Below are positions 27,316 through 40,100 of a stretch of DNA of 64,000 bases, piece by piece. A model generated the notes under the pieces. It searched no databases, had not been told where the DNA came from, and saw only the letters and a program-made list of their open reading frames with translations. How positions within the stretch are numbered: the stretch's first letter is position 1; the number at the start of each line of letters is the position of its first letter. The translations under genes were made by a program, and so were the position numbers. This DNA is from Octopus sinensis (taxonomy: Eukaryota): contig NC_043001.1 in NCBI RefSeq assembly GCF_006345805.1, positions 39,928,001-39,992,000 on the forward strand, given 5' to 3'.

Positions 27316-30300
27316 TCATTATTATAATTCTTTCAACTATAGGCACAGGGCTTGGAATTTGCGGGGAGAGAGCTAGTCAATCACATTGACCCAAGTGCTA
27401 AACTGGTGCTTATTTTATTGACCCTGAAAGAATGAAAGGCAAAGTTGACCTTGGTGGAACTTGAACCCAGAACATAAAAACAGGCAAAATGTTGCTAAGC
27501 ATTTTGCATCAGGTAAAATGCTTCACAACATTTCTCCCAATGTGCTAGTGATTCTATCAGTGGTAAGCTGGCAAAATAATGAGTGGCTATGTGGTAAGAA
27601 GCTTGCTTCTCAACCACATGGTTCCAGGTACAGTCCCACTGCATGGTACTTTGGCTACCATAGCCTCAGGCCCACCAAGGCCATGTGAGTGGAAATGGTA
27701 GATGGAGATTGAAAGAAGCCTGTCGTATATATGTATATATATATATGTGTATATGTATGTATTTGTGTGTCTGTGTTTGTCCCCCCGCTATTGCCTGACA
27801 ACCAATGTTGGTGTGTTTACATCCCTGTATCATAACGGTTCAGCAAAAGAGACCGAGAGAATAAGAACTAGGCTTACAAAGAATAGGTCCTGGGGTTGAT
27901 TAGTTCAACTAAAGGTAGTGCTCTAGTATGGCCATAGTCAAATGATTGAAACTAGTAAAAGAATAAAAGAATAATAACCATCATCATCATCGTCATTTAA
28001 TGTCCGCTTTCCATGCTAGCATGGGTTGGATGATTTGACTAAGGACTGGCGAACCAGATGGCTGTGCCAGGCTCCAATCTGATCTGCCCTTCCTAACGCC
28101 AACCACTCTGAGAGTGTAGTGGGTGCCTTTACATGCTACCGGCATAAGGGCCAGTCAGGTGGTTCTGGCAATGGCCATGCTCAAATGGTGTTTTTTACAT
28201 GCCACCTGCACAGGAGCCAGTCCAGTGGCACTGGCAATGACCTCACTCGAATGTTTTTTCACGTGCCACCAGCACAAGTGCCAGTAAGGTGACACTGGAA
28301 ACAATCACACTCGAATGGTGCTTTTTACGTGCCACCAGCATGGAAGCCAGTTTGCTGTTCTGGCAATGACCATACTCAGATGGTGCTCTTAGCTCTCCAC
28401 TAACACAGATGCCAGTCATCGAATTTGATTTCAATTTCGATTTCACTTGCCTCAACAGGTCTTCACAAGCAGAGTTTAGTGTCCAATGAAGGAGAGGTAG
28501 ACATAAGTGGACTGGTTGCACCCCTGGCATAGGCCACGAGGTTATGGTCTCACTTGGCTTGCCGGGTCTTCTCAAGCACAGTATATTTCCAAAGGTCTCT
28601 GTCACTAGTCATTGCCTCAAACATTAGGCCTCATCGAGGCAATGACTAATGACCAACTTTTCTCTCAAGGTACTTACACTCGGTGAAGTATGCACACTGA
28701 CATTACACATCCATCAGAGCATACTGGCTTCATTCCTTGTGAGCTTACGCATGTCCTCAGCAGTAATGGCCCATGTTTCACTGTCTTGTAGCATGGCTGT
28801 TTGTACACATGTGTCATACAGTCTACCTTTTACTCTGAGCAAGTGGCCTTTTCTCACCAACAGAGGTAAGAGCTCTCTGAACTTTGCCTAGGCTATTCTT
28901 ATTCTAGCAGCTATACTTAATCATGAATGAATGCCTAGGCTTGCCCAAAACCATTACAAGTTGTGGAAACATGATAAGGTAATAAAAGCACTACATTGGA
29001 AACTGTGCAAAAAGTGAGGTCTAGAGAGAGGTAAGATGTGGTATAAGCAAAAAGCACAGAGAGTGATGGAGTCAGATACCTGCAAAATCCTGTGGGATTT
29101 CCCAATCCAAACAGATCAGGTTATTATTGTTATTATTATTATATTTCGCATGGCGGGTGAAATGCTTAGTGGTGTTTCATCTGTCTTCATGTCCAACACA
29201 TGCCATTTCCTTTAATCATGATTCCCTGTAACCATGTTGAATTTTTGGACACAAAAGTTAAGTTTTCTGGAGGCAGAATAGTGACAGAGTTATTTTGCAA
29301 GCCCACATCATCCCACATTTATCTCTACCGCTACTCTGATCATCCACATCATACAATTTGGTCAAATCCGAAATCCCAATTTTTGAGGATAAAGCAGATT
29401 TGTACTGACATAGGGGATTACTGGAAATATGTCAAACATGGTTACACTGAATAATGATTAAAGGAAATAGCAAATGACATAGTTAATATTAGCAAAGTAA
29501 GTCAAACCTCATGCATAATTTTAGCAAACACAGTACAATATGTGACTGAATTCCTTTAGTGATTAACTGGCATCAAAATTTCGCTAGCATTTCATAAGTG
29601 TTGCATGAAAGTTACCAGCATATTGCAGAAAAATATCCTCATTTCAAACAAATATTTCCTCAGCCACCTATTGTAGCCTTTAGACAGAATAAAAATACAA
29701 GAGAACTATTAACCTCTACTTCTGACTCCAAGAAGATCTGGCAAGCCAAGTGAGGCATAATGCTAACCACTACACTATCGTAGTGGTTGGCATTAGGAAG
29801 GGCACCCAGCTGTAGAAACTCCACCAGATCAGATTGGAGCTTGGTGCAGCTTTCTGGCTTGCCAGCCCGCAATCAAATTGTCCAACCCATGCCAGCATGG
29901 AAAACGGACGTTAAATGATGGCAATGATATAGTCAGAGACTTAGAGCTTAAGGATCTTTCGATTAGTCAAAGATTTAGAGACATCTTAAATGAAGCATAA
30001 GATGAGAAAAAGGAGTTGCAGACTTGTAGCATAGTGGATAAGTGGGAGTTCCTACAGGACAATTTGCTGAATAATGCAGACCAAATCTGTGAGTGGTGCA
30101 AAATTCCAGCCAGTCCTAGGCTGACGTAGTGGTGGAACAGAGTAGTTGACAGGGCCATTAGAGTAAAGAAACAGGCTTGGAAGGACTGGAAGGGTAGTGG
30201 TAACAAGAAGTTATATCAGGCAGCGAGAAGAGAGGCTAGGAAGCAGATGTACTTAACCAGCAGTAAAGCAGAAAGGAAGAAGTTTGCAATGTCTTACAGT

Positions 30301-33300
30301 TAGAGGACCAAAAGCTTGAAGTGTTTCACCTTGCAAGACAGTGTGCCAGGGAAAATTGTGATATTGTGGAAAAGAAGTATGTTTGGATGGATGATTGTTC
30401 ACTGACAGGTAGTGAATCTGCAAAGAAAGAGGTTTGGAAGTGTTACTATGAAAGGCTACTAAATGTAGAGAATGCATGGGAGAAGGAGAGTCTGCCTAAA
30501 GTAGATCCGACAGAGGGACCAGCAATCTGAATAGACAGTAGCATGGTAGATAAAGTCATGAAGGATATGAAGACTAGTAAAGCCCCCAGCCCATCAGGAA
30601 TCACTGCTGAGATGCTTAATAAAATCTGGCAGTATGGGGTACGGTCTAGTTACCGGTATAGTAAATCAGGTTGTACACAAGAGAGTCATGCCCAATGATG
30701 TGGCAGCATCATAGTCAACTGCTACAAAGGTAAAGGTGATGCCTTAGAAATAATTACAGAGGTATCAAACTATTAGATCAGGCAATGAAATTTATGGAGA
30801 GGGTCATAGCCCAACTAATTAAGATGAAAATTAGTCTAGATGAGATGTAGTTTGGTTTTGCACCAGGAAGAAGCACCACTAGTGCTATATTTCTGGTAAA
30901 GCAGATGCAGAAGTATCTAACCAAAGATAAACCTTTGTACTTGGCTTTCGTTGACATGGAGAAAGCCTTTGATAGGGTCCCCTGATCCCTTATCTGGTGG
31001 TCAATAGGGATAGATAAGTGATTGGTGAGAGTGGTACAAGCCACATATAGGGATGCAGTCAGTAAGGAGAAAGTTGGCAATGAGTATAGTAGACATAGGG
31101 GGTTACTGGAAATATGTCAAACGCGGTTACACTGAATCATGATTAAAGGAAATAGCAAATGACATTGTTAAGATTAACAAAGAAAGTCAAACCTCATGCA
31201 TAATTTTAGCAAACACAGTACAATATATGATAAAATTCCTTTAGTGATTAACTGGCATCAAAATTTCGCTAGCATTTCAAAAATGTTGCATGAAAGTTAC
31301 CAGCATATTGCAGAAAAATATCCTCATTTCAAACAAATATTTTCTCAGCCACCTATTGCAGCCTTTATACAGAATAAAAATACAAGAGAATGTGTACCAT
31401 TCCAGTCAGTAGGAGTTCATTATAGTCCTCTAGGCAATAACAGAAGAATTAAGATGGGCTTCCACTCACAGTTCCTCAATGCTGATGACCTTGTTTTTCA
31501 TAAACAAATCACTTCCAGAACTAGATAAGAAATTTTAGGTGTGGAAGCAAGGTCTAGAATCGAAGGGCCTTAGAATTAATCTAACAAAAACTTAGTAAGT
31601 AGCAAAGCCAACAAATCACAAATCCCCTCAGGATTGATCTGTAGAAAAAGGTGTAGGTAGAAACTTCATACGATGTACGCAGTGTAAGCTATGGACACAT
31701 AAGAGTTGCAGCAATATCAGAGAAAGTTTAACAGGGATTATAGTTTTTGAGTAGAAGATACACAGGTACAATAAACACCACGAGCATACAGAAAATAGAC
31801 TCCATCAAATTCCAGTGGGGTAAAACTAGAGGTAGTTGATACCTCCTGTTATCTAGGTGACCAAGCCAGTAGTGGAAGTGGATGCTCAGAGAGAGTAGAT
31901 GCGAGAATAAGAATAGGATGGGCAAAGTTCTGAGAGCTCCTACTATATGATGCCTGTGTGCAAACAGCTATGCTACATGGCAGTGAAACATGAGCAGTGA
32001 CTGCCAAAGACAAGCATAGGCTTGAAAGAAATTATGCCAGTATGTTTTGCTGGATGTGCAGTGTCAGTGCACATGTACAACAGAGTGTAAGCATCTTGAA
32101 TAAAAAAACTGGGCATAAGAGGTATCAGATGTGCTGTGCAAGAGAGACAACTGTGTTGGTATAGTCCTGCGATGCATATGGACGAGGACAGCTGCGTAAA
32201 GAAGTGCTGATCTCTAACTGTGGAGGGAGCCTGTAGAAGAGGTAGACCCAGGAAGATATGGGATGAAGTGGTAAAGCATGATTGTCAAATGTTGGGCCTC
32301 ACGGAGGTGATGACAAGTGACTGAGAACTCTGGTGGTATGCTGTGCACGAAAAAACTGGTCAGGCCAAGTGACATTTAGTTGTGACTGTGCCAGTGTCAT
32401 GTAAATGATACCCATGAATTGTAGTGGTGGTCACTGCCAGTGCCATGTAAATGACATCTGTGCATCATAGTCATGGTCATTGCCAGTGCAATGTAAATGA
32501 CACCCACCCATGAATCATAGTCATGGTTGTTGCCAGTATCATGTAAATGGTACCTGTACCGGTAGTATGTAAAAGCACCCATTACACTCCCGGAGTTGAT
32601 GGTGTTAGGAAGGGAATCCAGCTGTAGAAACCATGCCAAATAAGACTGGAACTTGGTGTAGCTCTCTGGCTCATCAGCTCCACTCAAAACATCTAACCCA
32701 TGCCAGCATGGAGGGTGGATGTTAAATGATGATGGTGGTAAGAAGCTTGCTTCTCAACGACATGGTTCCAAGTTCAGTCCCAGTGCATGGCACTTTGGGC
32801 AAGTGTCTTCTACTATAGCCTCAGGCCGACTAAAACTTTGTGGTAAATGGTAACTGAAAGAAGCCCATCATATATATATATACAAAAAATTATAATCTAA
32901 ATAATCAGAAAATGGAGAAAACTTTTGATCAACAAACAAATTGGACTTCATCAGTAGATTATTTTTTAATACGAAACATGACCATGACATAACATTTCTT
33001 ATGGCCATTTCTGCTTCCAATGCCAGTCAGTGCTTATGAAAGAATTTTAAAAATAACATTCATCATCTGCATAGGCCATTCGATCTAGTACATGGAGCTT
33101 CATCAAAGTGACTACAAATAAAATAAATGAAGGAAAGAGAGAATAGGAAAGAACATGGCCTTGAGAAGAGGCCAGGAGGATCAATATATCAAAATCATAC
33201 CATCTCCCAGAGTGGACCGTATATATGTGTGTGTGTGTGTGTGTGTGTATTTATATATATATATATGTAAATACACTTGTTTTCTGTGTCCCTTTCTGTA

Positions 33301-34065
33301 TAAGAGCATAGGCTCGAAACATGAAAGACTTTTTCTATTCCTGAGCGTTATACTAATACATCTGTTTGTTTTGTACACCACCTGTCTTCATCTTTTGTTG
33401 TTTTTTTCGTAAACTCTCCCTATATATATATATATACACACACACACACATATATATGTGTTCCTGGGAAGGAGCATTTAGTGAAAAATAAAGTTGTAAG
33501 GGATGATACTAAGAATGCAGGACATGCACAAAAGGAAGTAGTTCCAAGGAGAGAGGTAACTGGTAGCACAAAAGGGTAATGAAACGTATGCAGTTTTACT
33601 GTCACTTAATTACAGCAGCTAAGTGAATAGTACCATAGACAGAAGAGTGATGGAAGATAGGTTTTAGAAAAATGAGTTGTAGGGAAAGTTTGACGAGTAC
33701 AGGTTGGGTGAGATAGCATAAATGTAAATGATATGCTTTAGGATTACAGTTTTGCTTAAATGAACAGAATTTTAAGCACATCAAATCATCAATAATTTCT
33801 GTCCTTTCTCATCTCCTCTATGAGACTCAGTTTTCTGAGGTAAGTTTTTACTACTTTGTGCCATGTCTTTCTGAGTCTCCTCCTTCGATACAGGTGTACC
33901 CATCCATATGAATTACCTGACCATACCAGCACAGTCTTCTCATTTGTATGTTATATGTGATACTTTTTATGCCTAATTTTCTTTCAACATTTTTGCACTT
34001 TGTTATACATGGACACTGACTTTGTACATCCAGTGGTGCATGCTTACTTCATATCTTTCTAGTCT

Positions 34066-34113
<48 letters not shown>

Positions 34114-37100
34114 CCAAAAAAGCAAAACTTTAACCATCTTTAATCATGACTGAGGATACTGAAGCACCTATACTGCCAAAAATAAGAGTTAAAAACTCTT
34201 ACCACTATATGAATTGCACAATATATATACACTGACAAGGGAGATAACTGCCCCATGACTGATAGGGGAAACTAGTCTGGTCCAGTGATCTGTAGAGTCA
34301 GTCATGGGGCAGTTATCTGCCATAGAGGAAGAATAATGTGCTAATGTTTATTGGTATATGCTTGAAAGCATTTGGTGGATGGTTAGAATGGGTGTAGATG
34401 TGCAATGTGACACTATTTCTTTTATTTAGCCAATTTAAGCTAATTACAGAAATGACCACATATTTTGAGACTAATTCATAATTGGTCAGTTGTATAGTAT
34501 TACAACAAGGAACCCAATAAAAATAGCTCTCTTCAAAATTGTTAAAGTTGTATAATCTTCTCATTGTTGTGGTAAATATAAATCTAGAAATGTACATATC
34601 TTTCACATAAATACTTTGAACAAATCTACATTTTGTGTTTTATAGAGATAAAAAAAAGAGCTTACATTTTATGGGCATATCGAGTTTCATTGAACAGTAA
34701 ACAAATTCACTTTTACCCGGAAAATATGCAACACACTGTAATTCCTTAAAATTCTTATTAAGAGTTAATGTCAGTTTTGATGATAAAGTGATCAGCTCTC
34801 CTGATTTGCTTGGCTTGTTTGAAATATACTTTGTAACATTTATTTGTGTCCCATTTTTCCATGTTATCAGCCAAAAGACTGAAAATTCAGGGTTGGTGTC
34901 TTTAATAAGGCATTCATAACTTTTATTCTGATTTTCCACTGGAACTGTGTCAGAAATAGCCTTGACTGTGACTGATTTTGGTAAAACTGAAATAGAAGAA
35001 TTGCTCAAAATTATATCAATAAATGAATGAATGAATATGTTTGTTTTAATATTTGTGTGTGAGTGTGTGAAAGAGAGAGAGAGAGAGAGTATGCATGTAT
35101 TTATATTACGTCTGTTACATGTTTCCTTACTTAACTGTGCGTTGACTAAGAATATATTTATATTTTTGGTAGCTATGGAGACTGAGGTTACATGAATATT
35201 GTTCATAATTTCAGTATTATCTTTATTGATGTCAATCAGTAGGCATTGCTTAATTTTCGTTGACTGATCTAACTTAGCTCAGCATCAGCTATATAGACCA
35301 AATAGAATGCCATGAATCAGGTCATCCCATAAGTTCCATCCAAATTTTGAATAAAGAAAACAAGTGATCAAATATTATATTTAATTGAAATTTAATCATC
35401 AATGTATACTTTTCCTGATTATCTATGACTTCCTTCCATCTATTTACAAGCTTTTTAATCCCATCAATGTAAAACTCTTTTGGTTTCAAAGTGAAGAACT
35501 CTGAAATGTCCTGGCTTGCGAAAGGTATGTGCCCCAAATGATTCTGTAAACTACGAAATAAATGGTAGTCTGAAGGAGCAAGGTCAGGAGAATAAAGTGA
35601 ATGAGAAATTTTTTCCCAACCAAGCTTTTCGATCTTCTGTGATGTGATCTTTGCTGAATGGGGTCGTGCATTGTCCTGATGAAACATTACTCCTTTTCGA
35701 TTCACTAAAGTGGGTCTTTTTTTCTTCAAAGCTTGGTTCAAATGCTCTAATTGTTATCTGTAGACTTGAGCATTGATTGTTGCATTAGGTGCAAAGTGAA
35801 TTACTCCTTTACAATCCCATCAGATAGAGAGAAGAACCTTTTTTCCATGAAGTTCCCTTCTAGTTTGTAGTTGAGCTTTTTCCCTTTTACCAAGCCACTG
35901 TTTACGATGTTTAACATTTTAATAGAAAATCCATTTTTCATCCCCAGTCACAAGTCTATCCAAAAAGGGTGAAATGAGTTCATGAGAATGGAGAGAGGAG
36001 CAGATGTCAACTTGGGATTTGCATTTGCTTTTAAACAATTCATGAGGCACCCATTTTCCAAGTTTAGGAACCTTTTCAAGTTGTTGAAGATGACGCTGAA
36101 CAGTTGTATGGTTTGAACTAAGCTTTGTGGTCAATTCTTCAACTGATAATGCTACAAGGAGCTTATCATCAAACTCAACTAGACGTCCTGTTTGATCTTC
36201 ATCTTCAAGCCTGAGATCTTCACTTCTGAATTTTGCAAACCATCTTCTGCAAGTTCTTTCATTCAAGCATTCTTACGCATAAACTGAGTGCATGTTTGGA
36301 GTCACTTCGGCTGCAGAGTTTCATTTTTTGTACTCATAAAGCATTATGTGCCTTAAATGCTCTTTGGATACTTCCATGTTAGAAAGGGTTTTAATCAAAG
36401 AAATTTTAATTCTATTATTCTGTAAAATAATATTTAATTAGTTTAAATGTACACAAATGCATAAAAATAATTTTAAATTCCATTAGCCAGTCTGCCACCT
36501 TATAACTTATCAGTCAGGAGACTCCGCTAGCCAAATAGACTTCATCCTCACCAGACAACGGGATGCAGGGTTGCTCTTGAATACAAAGACCCTCCCGGGT
36601 GAAGAATGTATCCCTCAGCATAGACTATCATCAGTGACTTTAAGCTTGAGGCCAGAAGGACTCCAAGAAACAAACCAATCCAGAAAAGAAGGATTTGGAG
36701 GCTAAAGAACCCTTCGCATGGTCAGAAATTTAGGGACATACTCATCAAGAAATTTGATGAGAGGGAGGAGGAGCTTCAGACGTCAGACATAGAAGGTAGC
36801 TGGGAATTCCTACGGGACAGCTTGTTGAGTGCCACAGACCAAGTCTGTGGATGGTGCAAAGTCCCTTCCAGACCTAGAATTACGTGGTGGTGAAATAGTG
36901 CAGTAGATAAAGCCATCTCTGAAAAGAGACGGGCCTGGAAAGCCTGGAAGGATGGGGCAGCAGGGAACTGTACCAGATAGCCAAAAGGGAGGCTGGGCGG
37001 CAGGTATACATTGCCAAAGATGTAGCAGAAAAGAAGAAGTTTGCCAATGTCCAGCGTCGCGAGGATCAAAGAGCTGAAGTATTTCGGATTGCCAGACAGT

Positions 37101-40100
37101 GTGTCAGAGAAAATAGCGATGTTATAGGAGAGAAATGTGTCCGCATGGATGATGGGGCACTTGCTTTTACTACTAGTGAAAAGAAAGAGGCTTGGAGAAG
37201 CCATTATGAAAGACTGCTGAATGAGGAGAATGAATGGGAGGAGGAGAGCCTGCCAAATGTTGACCCAGTAGAGGGACCAGCTACCTGAATAGAGAGCTCC
37301 CTTGTAGATAAGGCAATTAAGGATATGAAACCAGGCAAAGCCCCTGGCCTATCAGGAATCACTGCTGAGATGCTTAAAACAGCTGGCTATGTGGGCTATG
37401 CCATAGTCACCCGCATTGTAAACCAGGTAGTTCACAATGGAGTCATACCCAATGACTGGTGCAGCAGCACCATAGTCAACTGCTACAAGGGTAAGGGTGA
37501 TGCTCTAGATAGAAATAACTACAGAGGTATCAAACTGTTGGACCAGGTGATGAAGGTCTCAGAGAAGGTCATAACCAATCTCATTAGGGAGAGAATTTGT
37601 TTAGATGAAATGCAGTTCGGTTTTGTACCAGGTAGAAGCACCACTGATGCTATATTCCTGGTCCGACAACTGCAGGAGAAGTACCTAGCTAAAGATAAAC
37701 CCCTCTACATAGCTTTTGTAGACTTGGAGAAAGCCTTTGACAGGGTTCCCCGTTCCCTTATCTGGTGGTCGATGCGGAAACTGGAGATTGAAGAATGGCT
37801 AATAAGGGCTGTACAGGCTCTATACAGAGAGGCTGTCAGCAAGGTTAGGATTGGCAACGAATATAGTGAAGAATTCCGGGTAGAAGTAGGTGTGCACCAG
37901 GGCTCAGCCCTCAGTCCCCTTTTATTCATCATAGTCCTTCAGGCAATAACAGAGGAATTCAAAACGGGATGCCCCTGGGAGCTCCTCTATGCCGATGACC
38001 TAGCTCTCATAGCAGAATCACTACCGGAACTAGAAGAGAAATTTCGGGTGTGGAAGCAAGGGTTGGAATCAAAGGGCCTTAGAATAAATGTAGCAAAGAC
38101 CAAAGTATTAGTAAGCAGCAAGAGGTACTCAGCACACATCCCCTCGGGTAGGTGGCCCTGCTCAACCTGTAGGAAAGGTACAGGTAGAAACTCCATAAGA
38201 TGCACCCAATGTAAGTTATGGACACATAAGAGGTGCAGCAACATTAAAGGGAAATTAACAGATAAGATAGCTTTCATGTGCGGCAGATGCACAGGGACAA
38301 TAGACACAACAGACACTCAGAAAACAGATTCCATCACACTCCAGGGAGAGAAACTAGAAGTAGTTGATAGTTTCCGCTACCTGGGTGACCAAGTTAGTAG
38401 CGGAGGTGGATGCACAGAGAGTATCACCACTAGAATACGAATAGCCTGGGCAAAGTTCAGAAAGCTCCTACCCCTACTGGCAACAAAAGGTCTCTCCCTC
38501 AGAGCAAAAGGTAGATTGTATGATGCATGTGTGCGAACTGCCATGCTTCACGGTAATGAAACATGGGCTGTGACTGCAGAAGACATGCATAGACTTGAAA
38601 GAAATGAAGCTAGCATGATCCGCTGGATGTGTAGTGTCAGTGTGCACGCAAAATAGAGTGTAAGTATCCTGAGAGAAATGCTGGATATAAGAAGCATCAG
38701 ATGTGGTGTGCAAGAGCGACGCTTGCGATGGTATGGTCATGTGCTGCGGATGGATGAAGAGAGATGTGTGAAGAAGTGCCACTCCCAAACAGTTGAAGGT
38801 ATCAGGGGGAGAGGTAGACCCAGGAAGACATGGGATGAGGTGGTCAAGCATGACCTCAGAGCATTGGGCCTCACTGAGGCAATGGCGAAGGACCGAGATC
38901 TCTGGAGATATGCTGTGACTACAAAGACCCGGGCTGCTTTCTGCAGCAATTCCACATACCCCCTACCCATTCTAAGTACCCCGGATCCCCAAAGTACCCT
39001 GGATCCCCAAAGTACCCCGATCCCCAAAGTACCCCGGACCTCGTTGCCCCCGTGCCGCTGACACGTTAAAATGCTCGAACCGATCGTGACGATGCCGGAC
39101 CCTCCGGCCCCTGTGCAGGTGGCACGTAAAAAGCACCCAATCCACTCACGGAGTGGTTGGCGTTAGGAAGGGCATCCAGCCGTAGAAACTCTGCCAGATT
39201 CAGACTGGAGCCTGGAGCGGCCCCTGGCTTCCCAGACCCGGTCGAACCGTCCAACCCGTGCTAGCGCGGAAAGCGGACGTTAAACGATGATGATGATGAT
39301 GATGATGATGATTAGACACTCTAAAATACATTCAATTTTAAAAAAGGTAAAATCAGACAGAACTTATGGGATGACCTGATACTTAACATCTGTTATTCAT
39401 ATATGACATGAAAGCAACCATCATATTGCCCAACATGGACATTGAAGTTACCAGCCACAATAATGAAATTGCAGTCAATTGTTGTTAAGGTAGTCTGCAG
39501 AAAGGGCTCATAGAAATAGTCCTTTTCTATTAATCCTGCCAGTGGTGCATATGTAGAGATAAATGTCACTACAGGTTGTCAATAACTAATCTCATGTTAA
39601 TTATTTTATTAAAAAATTATGATTACTTCAATGATATATTTACCCATTTCTCAGCTAACAGTATGCCTATTGCACCTTTCAACCACTATTATTACCCAGA
39701 AGAATTTGTATTGTTGTCACTTGCTTGTAAGGAGTTTGATGGGTGGGGGGAATCTTTCTGTCTTACTTTTTACATACAATATGTATCCACTTGTCTCCAC
39801 TCCAGCATCTCCACAATCTCATCAGACCTATCTTTCTTCATGCCTACATTTATGATTGGAGTCCTAAATTTTTGGAACCTACAGGAAGAGTGGGGTTTCT
39901 TCAGAGGTAAAACTATTTGGTTGTTGGTAGAGTTACACACATGATTATGTTTGTCTTTTCATTTAATTTGCAATCATTCATTCTCAAACACTTGTTGCTT
40001 AATGCTACTTTAAGTGCTGTTTACAACTATTATCAACAGATAACTATATATTCCTAATGTCATCAATAATATTGTTGTTATGAGTGTCTACTATGACTTT

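Larger units (their letters stand above)
35317..39379 (-). mobile_element. Mariner (DD34D) transposon split by an RTE insertion
   Basis: [26 protein letters not shown] and [13 protein letters not shown] motifs at 35420-36270. TIR tcaggtcatcccataagtt at 35317 and its reverse complement ending at 39379, followed by TA. Confidence 0.9.
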
